A stretch of DNA of 59,919 nt, taken from IMG/VR virus record IMGVR_UViG_3300023703_000810. The stretch is one strand, 5' to 3'. The stretch comes from an uncultured virus (IMG/VR IMGVR_UViG_3300023703_000810) (Duplodnaviria; Heunggongvirae; Uroviricota; Caudoviricetes). This document shows, piece after piece, positions 1-9,189 of this stretch. Both the position numbers and the translations under genes were made by a program. Numbering within the stretch: position 1 is the first letter of the stretch; each line of letters begins with the position of its first letter. Under the pieces are notes generated by a model that worked only from the letters and a program-made list of their open reading frames with translations, was not told where the DNA came from and made no database searches.

Positions 1-1
1 T

Positions 2-103
2 CCAACTCGTAAAGAGTTAGAAGACTCTCTGGCATCTCGTTTTCCAGATACAAGATTCGCTGCTACTCCAGAGAATCTGAAGGAAGTTGGGTTTGCTAAA
101 TGA
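2..103 (+). CDS. 3' end of hypothetical protein (truncated by window)
   Basis: Open frame PTRKELEDSLASRFPDTRFAATPENLKEVGFAK*; stop overlaps the next ATG (ATGA). Confidence 0.6.
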   Translation, partial: PTRKELEDSLASRFPDTRFAATPENLKEVGFAK

Positions 104-489
104 GCCCATTCGACTATGTGAAAGCCATCAACGAAACCAAAGTTGATTTACTAGCAGGAGATCCAGAAGCAGTTAAAGACTATAACAAGGTGAAGTTTAT
201 TGTGAACCGAGCCTTGGGATATTTCCCCGATACAGTTATGCAGGCAAACTCGATGAACCAACATCACCAATGCCCACCTGACTGGCAATTTTCTTTTTTC
301 CTAAATACTATTTCGAAGAAGCGTCGTTTCAGTAAATGGGCAAAAGCCGACGCTGAGTCTGCTTCTTTAGAACTCGTAAAAGAGTACTATGGGTATTCAA
401 GCGAAAAGGCGAAAGAGGCACTGAGTGTCCTTTCCGATGAACACTTGATTATGATAAAAGAAAAATTATACAAAGGTGGAAAATCATGA
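100..489 (+). CDS. 62: Clamp loader small subunit (T4 gp62-like)
   Basis: MSPFDYVKAIN...KRRFSKWAK...VKEYYGYSSEKAKEAL signature; immediately upstream of regA. Confidence 0.9.
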   Translation: MSPFDYVKAINETKVDLLAGDPEAVKDYNKVKFIVNRALGYFPDTVMQANSMNQHHQCPPDWQFSFFLNTISKKRRFSKWAKADAESASLELVKEYYGYSSEKAKEALSVLSDEHLIMIKEKLYKGGKS

Positions 490-905
490 CTGTTGAAGTG
501 ATTTATTACGACTGGACTCCTGAGTCCATGCTCGAGGTGACGTTGCCTGAACCAGATGCATTTCTGAAGGTTCGTGAAACTCTAACCCGTATCGGGATTG
601 CCTCAAGAAAAGAACAAAAGCTATACCAATCTTGCCATATCTTACATAAGCAAGGTCGGTACTTCATCGTGCACTTCAAGGAATTGTTTGCGCTCGATGG
701 TAAAGAATCGAATATCACTGCAGGTGATATCGAGAGACGTAACGCAATTGCTAGTTTGTTACAGGACTGGGATCTGTTAAAGATCCTAAATACTACGCAA
801 GCTGATCAAAAGGCTTCGCTATCTCAAATTAAGGTGGTCTCTTATAAAGAAAAAGACCAGTGGGAATTAGTACCCAAGTACAATATCGGTAAGAAAGCTA
901 AGTGA
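486..905 (+). CDS. regA: Translational repressor RegA
   Basis: FLKVRETLTRIGIASRK...LYQSCHILHKQGRYFIVHFKELF signature. Confidence 0.97.
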   Translation: MTVEVIYYDWTPESMLEVTLPEPDAFLKVRETLTRIGIASRKEQKLYQSCHILHKQGRYFIVHFKELFALDGKESNITAGDIERRNAIASLLQDWDLLKILNTTQADQKASLSQIKVVSYKEKDQWELVPKYNIGKKAK

Positions 906-1469
906 TTAGTGCTTCGCCTTTATGTGTCTAGTTAAATTACCTAGATTCATAAAGATACCGCAATGGGGGCATGGAGATTTTTGACAATTCAGTTTAGCAA
1001 AAACGCCATGCTCTTTGTTTTTATGACTAATAGTTTGTTTTGATTCATTAGACATTTTAACTTTACGAGAAATTTTGGTTCTACCAAGAACCCATCCTTC
1101 TGGTATCGGTGAGTTGAATTTAACTCTTTTGTGATTTTTACCGTCATTTATCCAAACAGTTTCGGTATTAACACCAAGGACTCCTGCTCCACCTTTCGTG
1201 GTATTATAGCCAGAATTGATGGAATCAAATTCCTCTATAAAGAACTGCTCCATTGCATTAAGACAGTGCTCTTTATCGGTAGAAACATAAATCTCTTCCC
1301 ATAGAAAAGCACCCCAGCCATATTTTCGTATAGCTGTGTATAGTTTCTTTGGGGAATTTGGATAGAGTGCTTTATGACGAAGTACTCTTTGATGGAAGTT
1401 GGTTGCGAAACCAACATAAACTTTCTTTGTTATTTTGTTGGTAGCGGTATAGATTGAATAAATACTCAT
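906..1469 (-). CDS. GIY-YIG (Seg-like) homing endonuclease
   Basis: SIYTATNKITKKVYVG...GYN motif and C-terminal CPHC...H zinc finger; start placed at ATG 1469 after a GGAG RBS. Confidence 0.8.
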   Translation of the reverse strand: MSIYSIYTATNKITKKVYVGFATNFHQRVLRHKALYPNSPKKLYTAIRKYGWGAFLWEEIYVSTDKEHCLNAMEQFFIEEFDSINSGYNTTKGGAGVLGVNTETVWINDGKNHKRVKFNSPIPEGWVLGRTKISRKVKMSNESKQTISHKNKEHGVFAKLNCQKSPCPHCGIFMNLGNLTRHIKAKH

Positions 1470-1490
1470 GCTGGTTCTCCTAAGTAGATC

Positions 1491-1537
1491 TAGAATGGGT
1501 AGAGACGGCAATCTCGTGACCCATACCAATATTTATA
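1491..1537 (-). promoter_or_regulatory. Late promoter (TATAAATA) plus conserved 5'-UTR hairpin, copy 1
   Basis: 35/38 nt identical to 48070-48107, with compensatory stem changes. Confidence 0.7.
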
Positions 1538-1576
1538 ACATTGGGAATTTCACTATAACATAGGAAAGAAAACAAA

Positions 1577-1756
1577 ATGATTAAACTTGAATTGACTATT
1601 GCAGAAGTAAATACTATTCTTCGTACACTTGGTAAACACCCATTCGATGAGGTTGTAGCTTTGATCGGTAAGATTAAAGAACAGGGCGACCCACAAGCAC
1701 AAGCATTAGAAGCAGAAGCACAAGCTGCTGCAAAAGCTGCCCAAACAGCAGCGTAA
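1577..1756 (+). CDS. Small hypothetical protein (59 aa, MIKLELTIAEVNTILRTLGKHPF...)
   Basis: AGGA RBS and clean ORF; below the ORF-track cutoff. Confidence 0.75.
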   Translation: MIKLELTIAEVNTILRTLGKHPFDEVVALIGKIKEQGDPQAQALEAEAQAAAKAAQTAA

Positions 1757-1759
1757 AGA

Positions 1760-1908
1760 ACCCACCTTAGGGCTGTTGTCGTCTACGGTATAGGCGTCCG
1801 AGAGATTTCACTGGCATTCGTTAATTGCCGCTGGATAAAGTAACCAGCACTGTCTTGCTTTCGAGGAGACAATTTTTATCACTTACTCGCTTAATAGGAG
1901 AAACTCAA
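1760..1908 (+). promoter_or_regulatory. Structured 5' leader of hsp20 (several hairpins, RBS-masking stem)
   Basis: Hairpins CGTCTA/TAGGCG, GGCA/TGCC, GCTGG/CCAGC, TGTCTT/GAGACA; CTC/GAG stem over AGGAG. Confidence 0.5.
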
Positions 1909-2397
1909 ATGACGAAATCATTCGTACCTGCATTCTTTAGCCAAGACCTTTTCAAAGACTTCGACAAAGTGTTTGTCGGTTTCGATGACCAATTCAAACG
2001 CATGCAAGCATTGCATGATGACTTGACTAAAGACATCCCAAACTACCCACCATTCAATGTCCGTAAAGACGGTAACACTTACACAATCGAGATTGCTGTA
2101 GCTGGTTTCGCCACAAACGAAATCGACGTAACAATCGACGGTGGTAAGCTAATCGTTAAAGGCAATACTCAGTCTACTGATGTAGATGAGACTGCTGACT
2201 ATTTGTTCAAAGGTATCGCCAACCGTGCGTTCACTCGTGCATGGGCTATCGGTGATTCTTATGAAGTTAAGGACGCTGAGTTGTTCAATGGCATCTTGAA
2301 GATCGCTTTGGACAAATTGGTACCAGAAGAGCAAAAAGCTAAGAAGGTTCCAGTTAAGGCTGGTAAAGGCAAGCAACTTCTAAACGAAGGTGAATAA
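1909..2397 (+). CDS. hsp20: Small heat-shock protein Hsp20/IbpA-like
   Basis: NYPPFNV...IEIAVAGF...GIANRAFTR...NGILKI alpha-crystallin motifs; AGGAG RBS before ATG 1909. Confidence 0.95.
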   Translation: MTKSFVPAFFSQDLFKDFDKVFVGFDDQFKRMQALHDDLTKDIPNYPPFNVRKDGNTYTIEIAVAGFATNEIDVTIDGGKLIVKGNTQSTDVDETADYLFKGIANRAFTRAWAIGDSYEVKDAELFNGILKIALDKLVPEEQKAKKVPVKAGKGKQLLNEGE

Positions 2398-2555
2398 TGT
2401 TACAAGCACTAAAACAATTCTTTGTTTATGTGTTCCGTGATAGATCCCAAACTTTAGAAGAATACATTTTAGCTCATGACCCTCAGACACCAATGCATGT
2501 CGAACAACTCGAACGACAGTATTATGCGAGAGCGTTAAGAAACAAAATGGCTTAA
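2397..2555 (+). CDS. Small hypothetical protein (52 aa, MLQALKQFF...EEYILAHDPQTPMHVEQLERQY)
   Basis: Coupled to the hsp20 stop (TAATG); followed by a GC hairpin. Confidence 0.65.
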   Translation: MLQALKQFFVYVFRDRSQTLEEYILAHDPQTPMHVEQLERQYYARALRNKMA

Positions 2556-2559
2556 AAGA

Positions 2560-2579
2560 ATGGGGACGCAAGTCCCCAT
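2560..2579 (+). terminator. Hairpin ATGGGGAC-GCAA-GTCCCCAT (weak U tract)
   Basis: Perfect 8-bp stem with GNRA loop. Confidence 0.45.
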
Positions 2580-2587
2580 CATCAATT

Positions 2588-3148
2588 ATGATTCCAAGAA
2601 AATTAACTCAAATAGATCAAGACAAACTTGTTGCGCATTTAACATCGCTACAGGGAGAAGATCGTCGCCTACGTTTTGGTGCGATGGTTTCTGATAACTT
2701 TATAGAGAACTACATCCACTCTTCATTCAATGACGAGTCAAAGTGGTTTGGTTGTGAAGATGTTGATGGTAATATTATTGCTGCTTGTCACGCAGCAGTT
2801 AAAGATTCTGATGCCGAACTTGGTTGTTCTGTAGATAAACAATATCGTGGTAATGGATTAGCTCAAGAGATGTTCGATCGTGCAGTAACTTGGTTACGCA
2901 CTCAAGGCATCAAGGAAGTGTTTATGCACTGCTTGACTGAGAACAAAGCCATGCGTCATATCGCCAGCAAGAATGAGATGACGATCGTTAGTGAGTATGG
3001 TGAGTCCGATGCTACAGTCGGCATCCAACCAGCAACCACAGCGACAGTGATGAAAGACGCATATTTAGATAGAATGGCAGTTTATGATATGATCATAAAA
3101 ACAAATTATAATGCTTTCGACTTCTACTGGAGACGTAATCGTACCTAA
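2588..3148 (+). CDS. GNAT family acetyltransferase
   Basis: AELGCSVDKQYRGNGLA acetyl-CoA motif A; CLTENKAMRHIA. Confidence 0.85.
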   Translation: MIPRKLTQIDQDKLVAHLTSLQGEDRRLRFGAMVSDNFIENYIHSSFNDESKWFGCEDVDGNIIAACHAAVKDSDAELGCSVDKQYRGNGLAQEMFDRAVTWLRTQGIKEVFMHCLTENKAMRHIASKNEMTIVSEYGESDATVGIQPATTATVMKDAYLDRMAVYDMIIKTNYNAFDFYWRRNRT

Positions 3149-3157
3149 ATATTAGGT

Positions 3158-3361
3158 ATGAAAGCAAGACTATCACCCAACCTTATCTCGTTCGTCACCG
3201 TCCGACGTGGCGATTGGATACTCAAGGTATCTGTTTATAAGAACAAACAGATTATGGTAGTCGCACAACACTGCTTCGATATGGAAACTACTCACATAAA
3301 GTTTTTCCAAGACCAAAACGCAGCAGCAGATTTTATTGAACAACTTGTTATAGAGGAATGA
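3158..3361 (+). CDS. Hypothetical protein
   Basis: ORF directly after a CTAAATA late-promoter motif. Confidence 0.65.
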   Translation: MKARLSPNLISFVTVRRGDWILKVSVYKNKQIMVVAQHCFDMETTHIKFFQDQNAAADFIEQLVIEE

Positions 3362-3362
3362 A

Positions 3363-3644
3363 ATGATTAAAGTATTTAAATTGATTAATGGTGAAGAACT
3401 TATTGCTGATGTATCCTCATCTTCTGATAGTGGTTATCATTTAGACAACGCAGCTAATATCGTATTACAACCAACAGACTCTGGCATTAGCGTAGGACTG
3501 GCACCATACATGCCATACGTTGATGGTAAAATCTATCTGAATAAGTCAGCAATTGCATCAGAAGGTGAACCAGCAGTAGAAATGCGAAATGAGTATAGCT
3601 CTCGTTTCGGTACAGGAATCCAGATCGCTAACGTGATGCCTTAA
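3363..3644 (+). CDS. Conserved T4-like small protein (Sm-like fold possible)
   Basis: IKVFKLINGEELIA...APYMPY...YSSRFGTGI pattern common in T4-like phages. Confidence 0.65.
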   Translation: MIKVFKLINGEELIADVSSSSDSGYHLDNAANIVLQPTDSGISVGLAPYMPYVDGKIYLNKSAIASEGEPAVEMRNEYSSRFGTGIQIANVMP

Positions 3645-3646
3645 TC

Positions 3647-4564
3647 ATGCAAGGCGATCTTGCAAAATCCATACTAGAAAAGTATGGTGGAAATTTAGAA
3701 CGTCTAAATGTCCATACACATATGGGATGTAACCTAACTTGCTCTGGTTGCTCTCATCACTCAGAGTTTGTTGATGTCTCCGAATCTGTAGACATTGAAC
3801 AGCTTATCAAAGACTTAGAAATCCTTCTAGAAAAAACTGAGATAAGAACATTCCACATTCTTGGTGGAGAGCCATTGCTCAACCCCAAAGGCACTAAAGC
3901 TGTATGTGAGTATCTTATCTCAAAGGGTAAGAAGGTTAAGTTGTTGACCAATGGTTTCTATGTTAATAAGCATGACGATTGGTTGCTTGATTTAGTTGAA
4001 CGTGGAATGACTTTAAAAATATCAGTCCACGTTGGTCCAGGTGATAAGAGTAGAGACAATCTTGCTGAGAAGGTTTTAGATTTTTATAAGAAAGCTATAG
4101 CCAAAAATATTAAGTTCATGCGAAGAAACACTTTGTATGAAGATCAAGACTTTGGATGGATTGAGATCTCCAATGAATGGCAACGTAAGAAAGAGATCTG
4201 GGGGCATATCATCAAGTATGAAGGTGATAAAGTCTATCCATTTAACTCTGACAAAGACAAAGCATTCAAGATCTGCGAGACTAATTGCCCTCAGTTGTAT
4301 AAGGGTAAATTATATAAGTGTTCTCATACAGCGTACCTTTCAGATATGCTAGCTATTAAAGAACAGCTAGATGATCCAGAGTGGGCTCCATATTTAAAAT
4401 ATGATGGTGTAGATATTAATGATAACTCTGCTGTAGAAGAATTCTTGCAGACTGTTTACACTGCTGAAGATGTATGTTCATCTTGTCCTGAGACAAAACA
4501 GTACATTACAATGAATCAAGACATTTCTATTAAAAAGAAAGTTATCCCAATTAAACATCTTTGA
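3647..4564 (+). CDS. Radical SAM protein
   Basis: CNLTCSGC (CxxxCxxC), GGEPLL, TNG, C-terminal Cys cluster. Confidence 0.9.
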   Translation: MQGDLAKSILEKYGGNLERLNVHTHMGCNLTCSGCSHHSEFVDVSESVDIEQLIKDLEILLEKTEIRTFHILGGEPLLNPKGTKAVCEYLISKGKKVKLLTNGFYVNKHDDWLLDLVERGMTLKISVHVGPGDKSRDNLAEKVLDFYKKAIAKNIKFMRRNTLYEDQDFGWIEISNEWQRKKEIWGHIIKYEGDKVYPFNSDKDKAFKICETNCPQLYKGKLYKCSHTAYLSDMLAIKEQLDDPEWAPYLKYDGVDINDNSAVEEFLQTVYTAEDVCSSCPETKQYITMNQDISIKKKVIPIKHL

Positions 4565-4565
4565 T

Positions 4566-5156
4566 ATGAAAAATGTTCTGTTCCTGCATATCCCAAAAAC
4601 AGCTGGGACATCCATTCGTACGGCACTTGTAGATTCTCCTGATCACAATTTTCCTATTGAGTGGATGGTATCTCATCTAACTCATGCACAGTTAGAGGCG
4701 AGATGTAGGTTCCATAACTTCACACCAGACTACTCATTCACGTTCGTGCGCAACCCATACGATAGAGCAGTCAGTACATATTTCCATTTACAGAAACATA
4801 TCAAGCCACCGCATTTTATGCGAAGAAAGTCTATTGAGTTTTATCAGAAATTTCTAAGTTTAGACTTCAAAGAGTGGTTAAAGTTCTTTCACTTTAACAC
4901 ATTCGAGTTAGCCAACTATCTTACGGTGTCACACCACTTTCTTCTTCAGAGCAGTTACTTGGATTCTAAATCTGATATTAGAATTTTCAAGATGGAAGAT
5001 ATGGAAACATTCCAACGTGAGACTGGTATTGTAGTTCCACAAGAACGTGTCAATCCAGATAGAAAACCAACTGAAGAAATGTATGATGATGAAAGCCGAG
5101 AGATGGTAAGAACTTATTTTAAACAAGATTTTGAAATGTTTGGATACGAACAATGA
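4566..5156 (+). CDS. Sulfotransferase family protein
   Basis: FLHIPKTAGTS PAPS-binding loop and VRNPYDRAVS motif. Confidence 0.85.
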   Translation: MKNVLFLHIPKTAGTSIRTALVDSPDHNFPIEWMVSHLTHAQLEARCRFHNFTPDYSFTFVRNPYDRAVSTYFHLQKHIKPPHFMRRKSIEFYQKFLSLDFKEWLKFFHFNTFELANYLTVSHHFLLQSSYLDSKSDIRIFKMEDMETFQRETGIVVPQERVNPDRKPTEEMYDDESREMVRTYFKQDFEMFGYEQ

Positions 5157-6481
5157 TACACATTTGTACTCTCAAGTATGGTACCAAGTACCCATCAAAG
5201 AATGTGAATCGTTTATACAATAGCATCAAACACATTCCAGATATTCGATTCATTTGTATGACTGAGGATGCTTCTGGATTAGACGAAAATATTGTAGTCA
5301 TACCTATTGGTGAGGATCCTCTTTTAAAAAGACAGTGGAACAAACTTCGTTTCTTCGATCCAAACTTTATTGGTGCTTCTTCTGATGATGAAGTTATCAT
5401 TATGGATATTGATCAAGTGTTCATCGGAGATCCAGAGAAACTTATCAAGTACCCAGTCAATACTGGCGAACAGTTATATGCATTCAGATGGTGGACGAAT
5501 CAGATCGGCACACCTATTAACTCTGGTGTATCAAAGTTCAAAGCAGATGGATCCAACCTCCATGTGCTACAGAAATTCTTAGAACGTCCAAGCTACTGGA
5601 TGATGCATTATCATCTAGGTTCTAAAAGTGGTTTGTATAAAGAGAAGTTCCCACCATTCTTTGGTGAGCAGAGATTCATCTGGCAAAACCTTCAGAAGAC
5701 TCATGACATAGTATTCTGGCCAAAAGAGTATATCGTTAAGTATGATTCTTCTTTAGGATTTATGGATAAGATGGCTGACTTATATCGAGACAGAGTCGGT
5801 GGTGAACTTATTGTTGGTGATAAGCTAAACCCAAGATCTGTTCTTGTTCACTTTGCTGGACCAAACAATGACTACGTTGATGATACCTTTATCTGTTTAC
5901 CGAAAGACTATAGCAAAGTAGTCATTGATTCTGAAACATACAAACAACAGATTGGTGGTAAGGCAGAACGATGGGATAAACGAGGACAGTTCCAACTTCA
6001 ACTTCTTATCGATAATGGATTAAAACCAGAACACAAACTGGTTGATGTTGGTTGTGGTCCATTAAGAGCAGGTGAACATCTGATCTCTTACTTGAACGAA
6101 TCGAACTACACAGGCGTTGATTTTAACGACAGCTTCATCAAAGTTGCAAAAGAGCTAACCGAAGGTTCTGAAAAGAATCCAACTCTATATGTCGTGAAAG
6201 ATTTTCAGTTCGAAGGTAAGTTCGACTACATCCTGCTCTTTTCCGTTCTGAACCACTGCACCTCAGAAGATCGCCTGAAGTTCTTTACGAATGTCCGAGC
6301 AAACCTAAAAGAAGGCTCTAAAATCGTCATCTCGCATGCTTGGTGGCTTACCGAAGACCTGTACCCTAAGATCGGTCTAAGACCCTCTAAAAGCCTCTCT
6401 AAAGGTTCCTACGACCTCCCAGAGTGGGGGTTCCAGCCCCTGAATGACGTGTTCCCTATACACGTCCTAGAAGCCTTCTAA
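5153..6481 (+). CDS. Glycosyltransferase (GT-A) fused to class I SAM methyltransferase
   Basis: N-terminal LKYGTKY...WNKLRFF...MDID...HFAG; C-terminal LVDVGCGPLRAG. Confidence 0.75.
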   Translation: MIHICTLKYGTKYPSKNVNRLYNSIKHIPDIRFICMTEDASGLDENIVVIPIGEDPLLKRQWNKLRFFDPNFIGASSDDEVIIMDIDQVFIGDPEKLIKYPVNTGEQLYAFRWWTNQIGTPINSGVSKFKADGSNLHVLQKFLERPSYWMMHYHLGSKSGLYKEKFPPFFGEQRFIWQNLQKTHDIVFWPKEYIVKYDSSLGFMDKMADLYRDRVGGELIVGDKLNPRSVLVHFAGPNNDYVDDTFICLPKDYSKVVIDSETYKQQIGGKAERWDKRGQFQLQLLIDNGLKPEHKLVDVGCGPLRAGEHLISYLNESNYTGVDFNDSFIKVAKELTEGSEKNPTLYVVKDFQFEGKFDYILLFSVLNHCTSEDRLKFFTNVRANLKEGSKIVISHAWWLTEDLYPKIGLRPSKSLSKGSYDLPEWGFQPLNDVFPIHVLEAF

Positions 6482-6492
6482 AATCCCTTATA

Positions 6493-6505
6493 AATCAACA
6501 ACTTA
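6493..6505 (+). promoter_or_regulatory. IHF-consensus site upstream of an early promoter
   Basis: AATCAACAACTTA matches WATCAANNNNTTR. Confidence 0.45.
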
Positions 6506-6603
6506 CAATCCCCTCAGGATTGTAGGGTTATTGCATTTAGTTGTTGCCTTTTATTTGATTCTGAGCGATAATATATCTAATGAATCGAGAAAAGGATCTG
6601 AAA

Positions 6604-6801
6604 ATGAGTTTCGAAAAAGACGTGTTGGTTGAAGTGTCTAGTGTTTTGGGTAATGTTCCTGCATCGTTTACTTGCGGTTCGCTGTTCGTTGAGTGTTCAG
6701 TACCTGAAGCTGTCAAACTCGAAACTGCCTTGCTTAAAAAGTTGAAGTGTGGTATAATCATCTCTCGAGTTGGTTCTGAAACTGCGTACGATTTTGTTTA
6801 A
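6604..6801 (+). CDS. Hypothetical protein
   Basis: AAAGGA RBS before ATG 6604 (alternative start 6580). Confidence 0.6.
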   Translation: MSFEKDVLVEVSSVLGNVPASFTCGSLFVECSVPEAVKLETALLKKLKCGIIISRVGSETAYDFV

Positions 6802-6814
6802 TGAAAGGGTGACT

Positions 6815-6958
6815 ATGTTCCAAGTAAAATCCAAAGCTGAGTTGCGTGCTGAAACCGAAAAACAATTGAAGGCTTTTCTCAAACGTGGTGGCACAGTCCA
6901 AGTCATCGAAACCAAAAAGAAGGCTCCATCTGGTGCCCGTACTTGGATGAAGAAATGA
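6815..6958 (+). CDS. Small hypothetical protein (AFLKRGGTV motif; SutA-like possible)
   Basis: RBS and tight gene packing. Confidence 0.55.
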   Translation: MFQVKSKAELRAETEKQLKAFLKRGGTVQVIETKKKAPSGARTWMKK

Positions 6959-7137
6959 GAGTCTTGCAAGAGACAACCAAGGATTGGAGCCAGAAGGTTT
7001 CTAATCACATCTACTATGTCACTGACGATAAGTGCAAGCTGGTTGCGTTCTACAATGTCGATACAAAGACAACGAAGAAGTTTTCCAAGCCTCTGCCCTT
7101 CTACACCAAATATAGAACATTCAAAGAGTTAAAATGA
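6955..7137 (+). CDS. Hypothetical protein
   Basis: ATGA-coupled on both sides. Confidence 0.65.
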   Translation: MRVLQETTKDWSQKVSNHIYYVTDDKCKLVAFYNVDTKTTKKFSKPLPFYTKYRTFKELK

Positions 7138-8429
7138 ACATCCACAAATTCCTCGAATCCCTCGCTGCTAACTCATCTCGCAACTTCAAACGTGATCAGT
7201 TGGAAGCAAACAAAGACAATGAGTTGCTACGTGAAGTGATTCGACTGGCATTGTGTCCATTCACTCAATTCTATCAACGCAAGATTCCAGCGTACACACC
7301 TAACACGACTGGACATCCTGCTTCATTAGCATCAATGCTCCCTGCTCTCTACGATCTGCGTGAGCGTTTGGTTACTGGTAACGCAGCCATTGACCACTTA
7401 ACTAATATCCTACAAGCCCTCTCGCCTGATGATGCTAAGGTTATGGAGAGAATCATCCAGAAAGATCTGAAGTGTGGTGTGCAAGCATCTACTGCCAATG
7501 ATGTGTGGATGGGTTTGATTATAGAATATCCTGTTATGCTCTGCTCACCTTTCGAGCAGAAGCTAGTGGATAAGATTAAATTCCCAGCAATGGTTCAGCT
7601 GAAGATGGATGGTATGCGATTCAACGCTATTGTTCGTGATGGTAAATGCGAATTTCGTAGCCGAAATGGTAAAGAGATTCAACTGCTTGGCAACCTCGAA
7701 CAAGACTTCATCGATATGGCTGGTCCAATAGACTGCGTGTTCGATGGTGAACTTCTGGTCATGGAAGGTGACAAGATTCTCGATCGTCAAACTGGCAACG
7801 GTATTCTTAACAAAGCAAACAAGGGTACAATCTCTGCAGCCGATGCAGCGAAGGTTCGTGCCACTGTTTGGGATATCATCCCTTATGTAATGTTCGAAAC
7901 TGGATACTGTGGTACACCATATTCGAAACGAATCGAAACTCTGGCTAATCTTCTGGCTACTCATGAGCCAGACAAAGTTTATTTGGTCCAAAAGACTGTT
8001 GTTCAGAATATCGAAGAAGCCAATGTAATCTTCGAACGATATCTGTCCATGGGTCAAGAAGGTATCATCCTGAAAGACCTCAGTGGTGTTTGGGAAGATA
8101 AACGATCCAAGACTCAGATCAAATTCAAAGGTGAGTTGGAATGCGATCTGAAGATTGTAGGTATCGAAGAAGGTACTGGTAAGTATGCAGGTATGCTTGG
8201 TGCAATTCTCTGTGAATCTGCCGATGGTGTAATTAAAGTTCGAGTTGGCTCTGGCTTCTCTGATGACCAACGCAAGACTCTCGGTAAAGAAATAATTGAC
8301 AAGATCGCAGCGATCAAGTATAATACTAGAATCAAGAACAAAGCTGGGGAAGAATCTTTGTTCCTCCCTATCATTCTCGAGATTCGTGATGACAAAGAAG
8401 TTGCGGACTCGTCTAAGGACATTAAATGA
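7134..8429 (+). CDS. 30: ATP-dependent DNA ligase (gp30-like)
   Basis: KMDGMR adenylation motif, FDGEL, EGIILK, VGSGFSD. Confidence 0.95.
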   Translation: MNIHKFLESLAANSSRNFKRDQLEANKDNELLREVIRLALCPFTQFYQRKIPAYTPNTTGHPASLASMLPALYDLRERLVTGNAAIDHLTNILQALSPDDAKVMERIIQKDLKCGVQASTANDVWMGLIIEYPVMLCSPFEQKLVDKIKFPAMVQLKMDGMRFNAIVRDGKCEFRSRNGKEIQLLGNLEQDFIDMAGPIDCVFDGELLVMEGDKILDRQTGNGILNKANKGTISAADAAKVRATVWDIIPYVMFETGYCGTPYSKRIETLANLLATHEPDKVYLVQKTVVQNIEEANVIFERYLSMGQEGIILKDLSGVWEDKRSKTQIKFKGELECDLKIVGIEEGTGKYAGMLGAILCESADGVIKVRVGSGFSDDQRKTLGKEIIDKIAAIKYNTRIKNKAGEESLFLPIILEIRDDKEVADSSKDIK

Positions 8430-8779
8430 AAGTTGTAATCAATCGTTGCTTTGGTGGCTTTGGTTTGAGCCATGAGGCTATTGTGAAGTATGCAGCACTG
8501 GCTGGTATCACCATGATCGTTGTGGACAAGTATCCAGAACGAAGCATCATGCGTTACGAGTACTACAGAGATAGTATTTCTGATGAGAACTACTGGAGCG
8601 AGTATGAGATCGAACGGACTGATCCAAACCTCGTGAAAGTTGTCGAGCAGATGGGTGAGGCATCATGGGGTGATTGCGCAGAGTTAGCTGTTGTGGAAAT
8701 CCCAGATGGAATTAACTGGCACATCGGAGAGTATGATGGTATTGAACACATCGCTGAAAATCATAGAACTTGGGGATAA
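8426..8779 (+). CDS. Conserved phage hypothetical protein
   Basis: MKVVINRCFGGFGLS...EYDGIE motif. Confidence 0.75.
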   Translation: MKVVINRCFGGFGLSHEAIVKYAALAGITMIVVDKYPERSIMRYEYYRDSISDENYWSEYEIERTDPNLVKVVEQMGEASWGDCAELAVVEIPDGINWHIGEYDGIEHIAENHRTWG

Positions 8780-8781
8780 TA

Positions 8782-9189
8782 ATGGATGATATGAAAGAGT
8801 ATGACGCCTTTGCTAAACGGATGGAGGAAGAATATCCTGCTATGTTCGTTGGTGCTTATGGTGGCTTTGCCATAGGTAAAGGTTGGTGGCCAATCATTAG
8901 TGTGCTTTGTGCCAATATCCAACAACACATTGACTGGGCTAACCGAAATGATCAAGTTGTACCTCAGGTAGTTGTGGCTCAGATTAAAGAGAAGTTCGGT
9001 GGACTGCGTTTCTACTATGATGGTGGAGATGACTACGTTCGTGGTTTAGTACAGATGGCTGAAGACTGGGCTAATCGTACATGTGAAACTTGCGGTGAAC
9101 TTGGTAAGCAACGTGGTGGTGGATGGATTCGCACTCTGTGTGATAAACACGAAGCAGAATATCAAGCAAGAAAGAATAGCAATGACTGA
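8782..9189 (+). CDS. Conserved phage hypothetical protein with Zn finger
   Basis: QIKEKFGGLRFY...CETCG...LCDKH. Confidence 0.75.
   Translation: MDDMKEYDAFAKRMEEEYPAMFVGAYGGFAIGKGWWPIISVLCANIQQHIDWANRNDQVVPQVVVAQIKEKFGGLRFYYDGGDDYVRGLVQMAEDWANRTCETCGELGKQRGGGWIRTLCDKHEAEYQARKNSND

Noticed and set aside
2..103. C-terminus of clamp loader gp44
   Set aside because: The peptide does not resemble the gp44 C-terminus as I recall it; left as hypothetical.
7563..8270. Long antisense ORF in the ligase gene, and the many other shadow ORFs in the track
   Set aside because: They overlap well-supported genes, lack RBSs and recognisable motifs, and are expected from codon bias.
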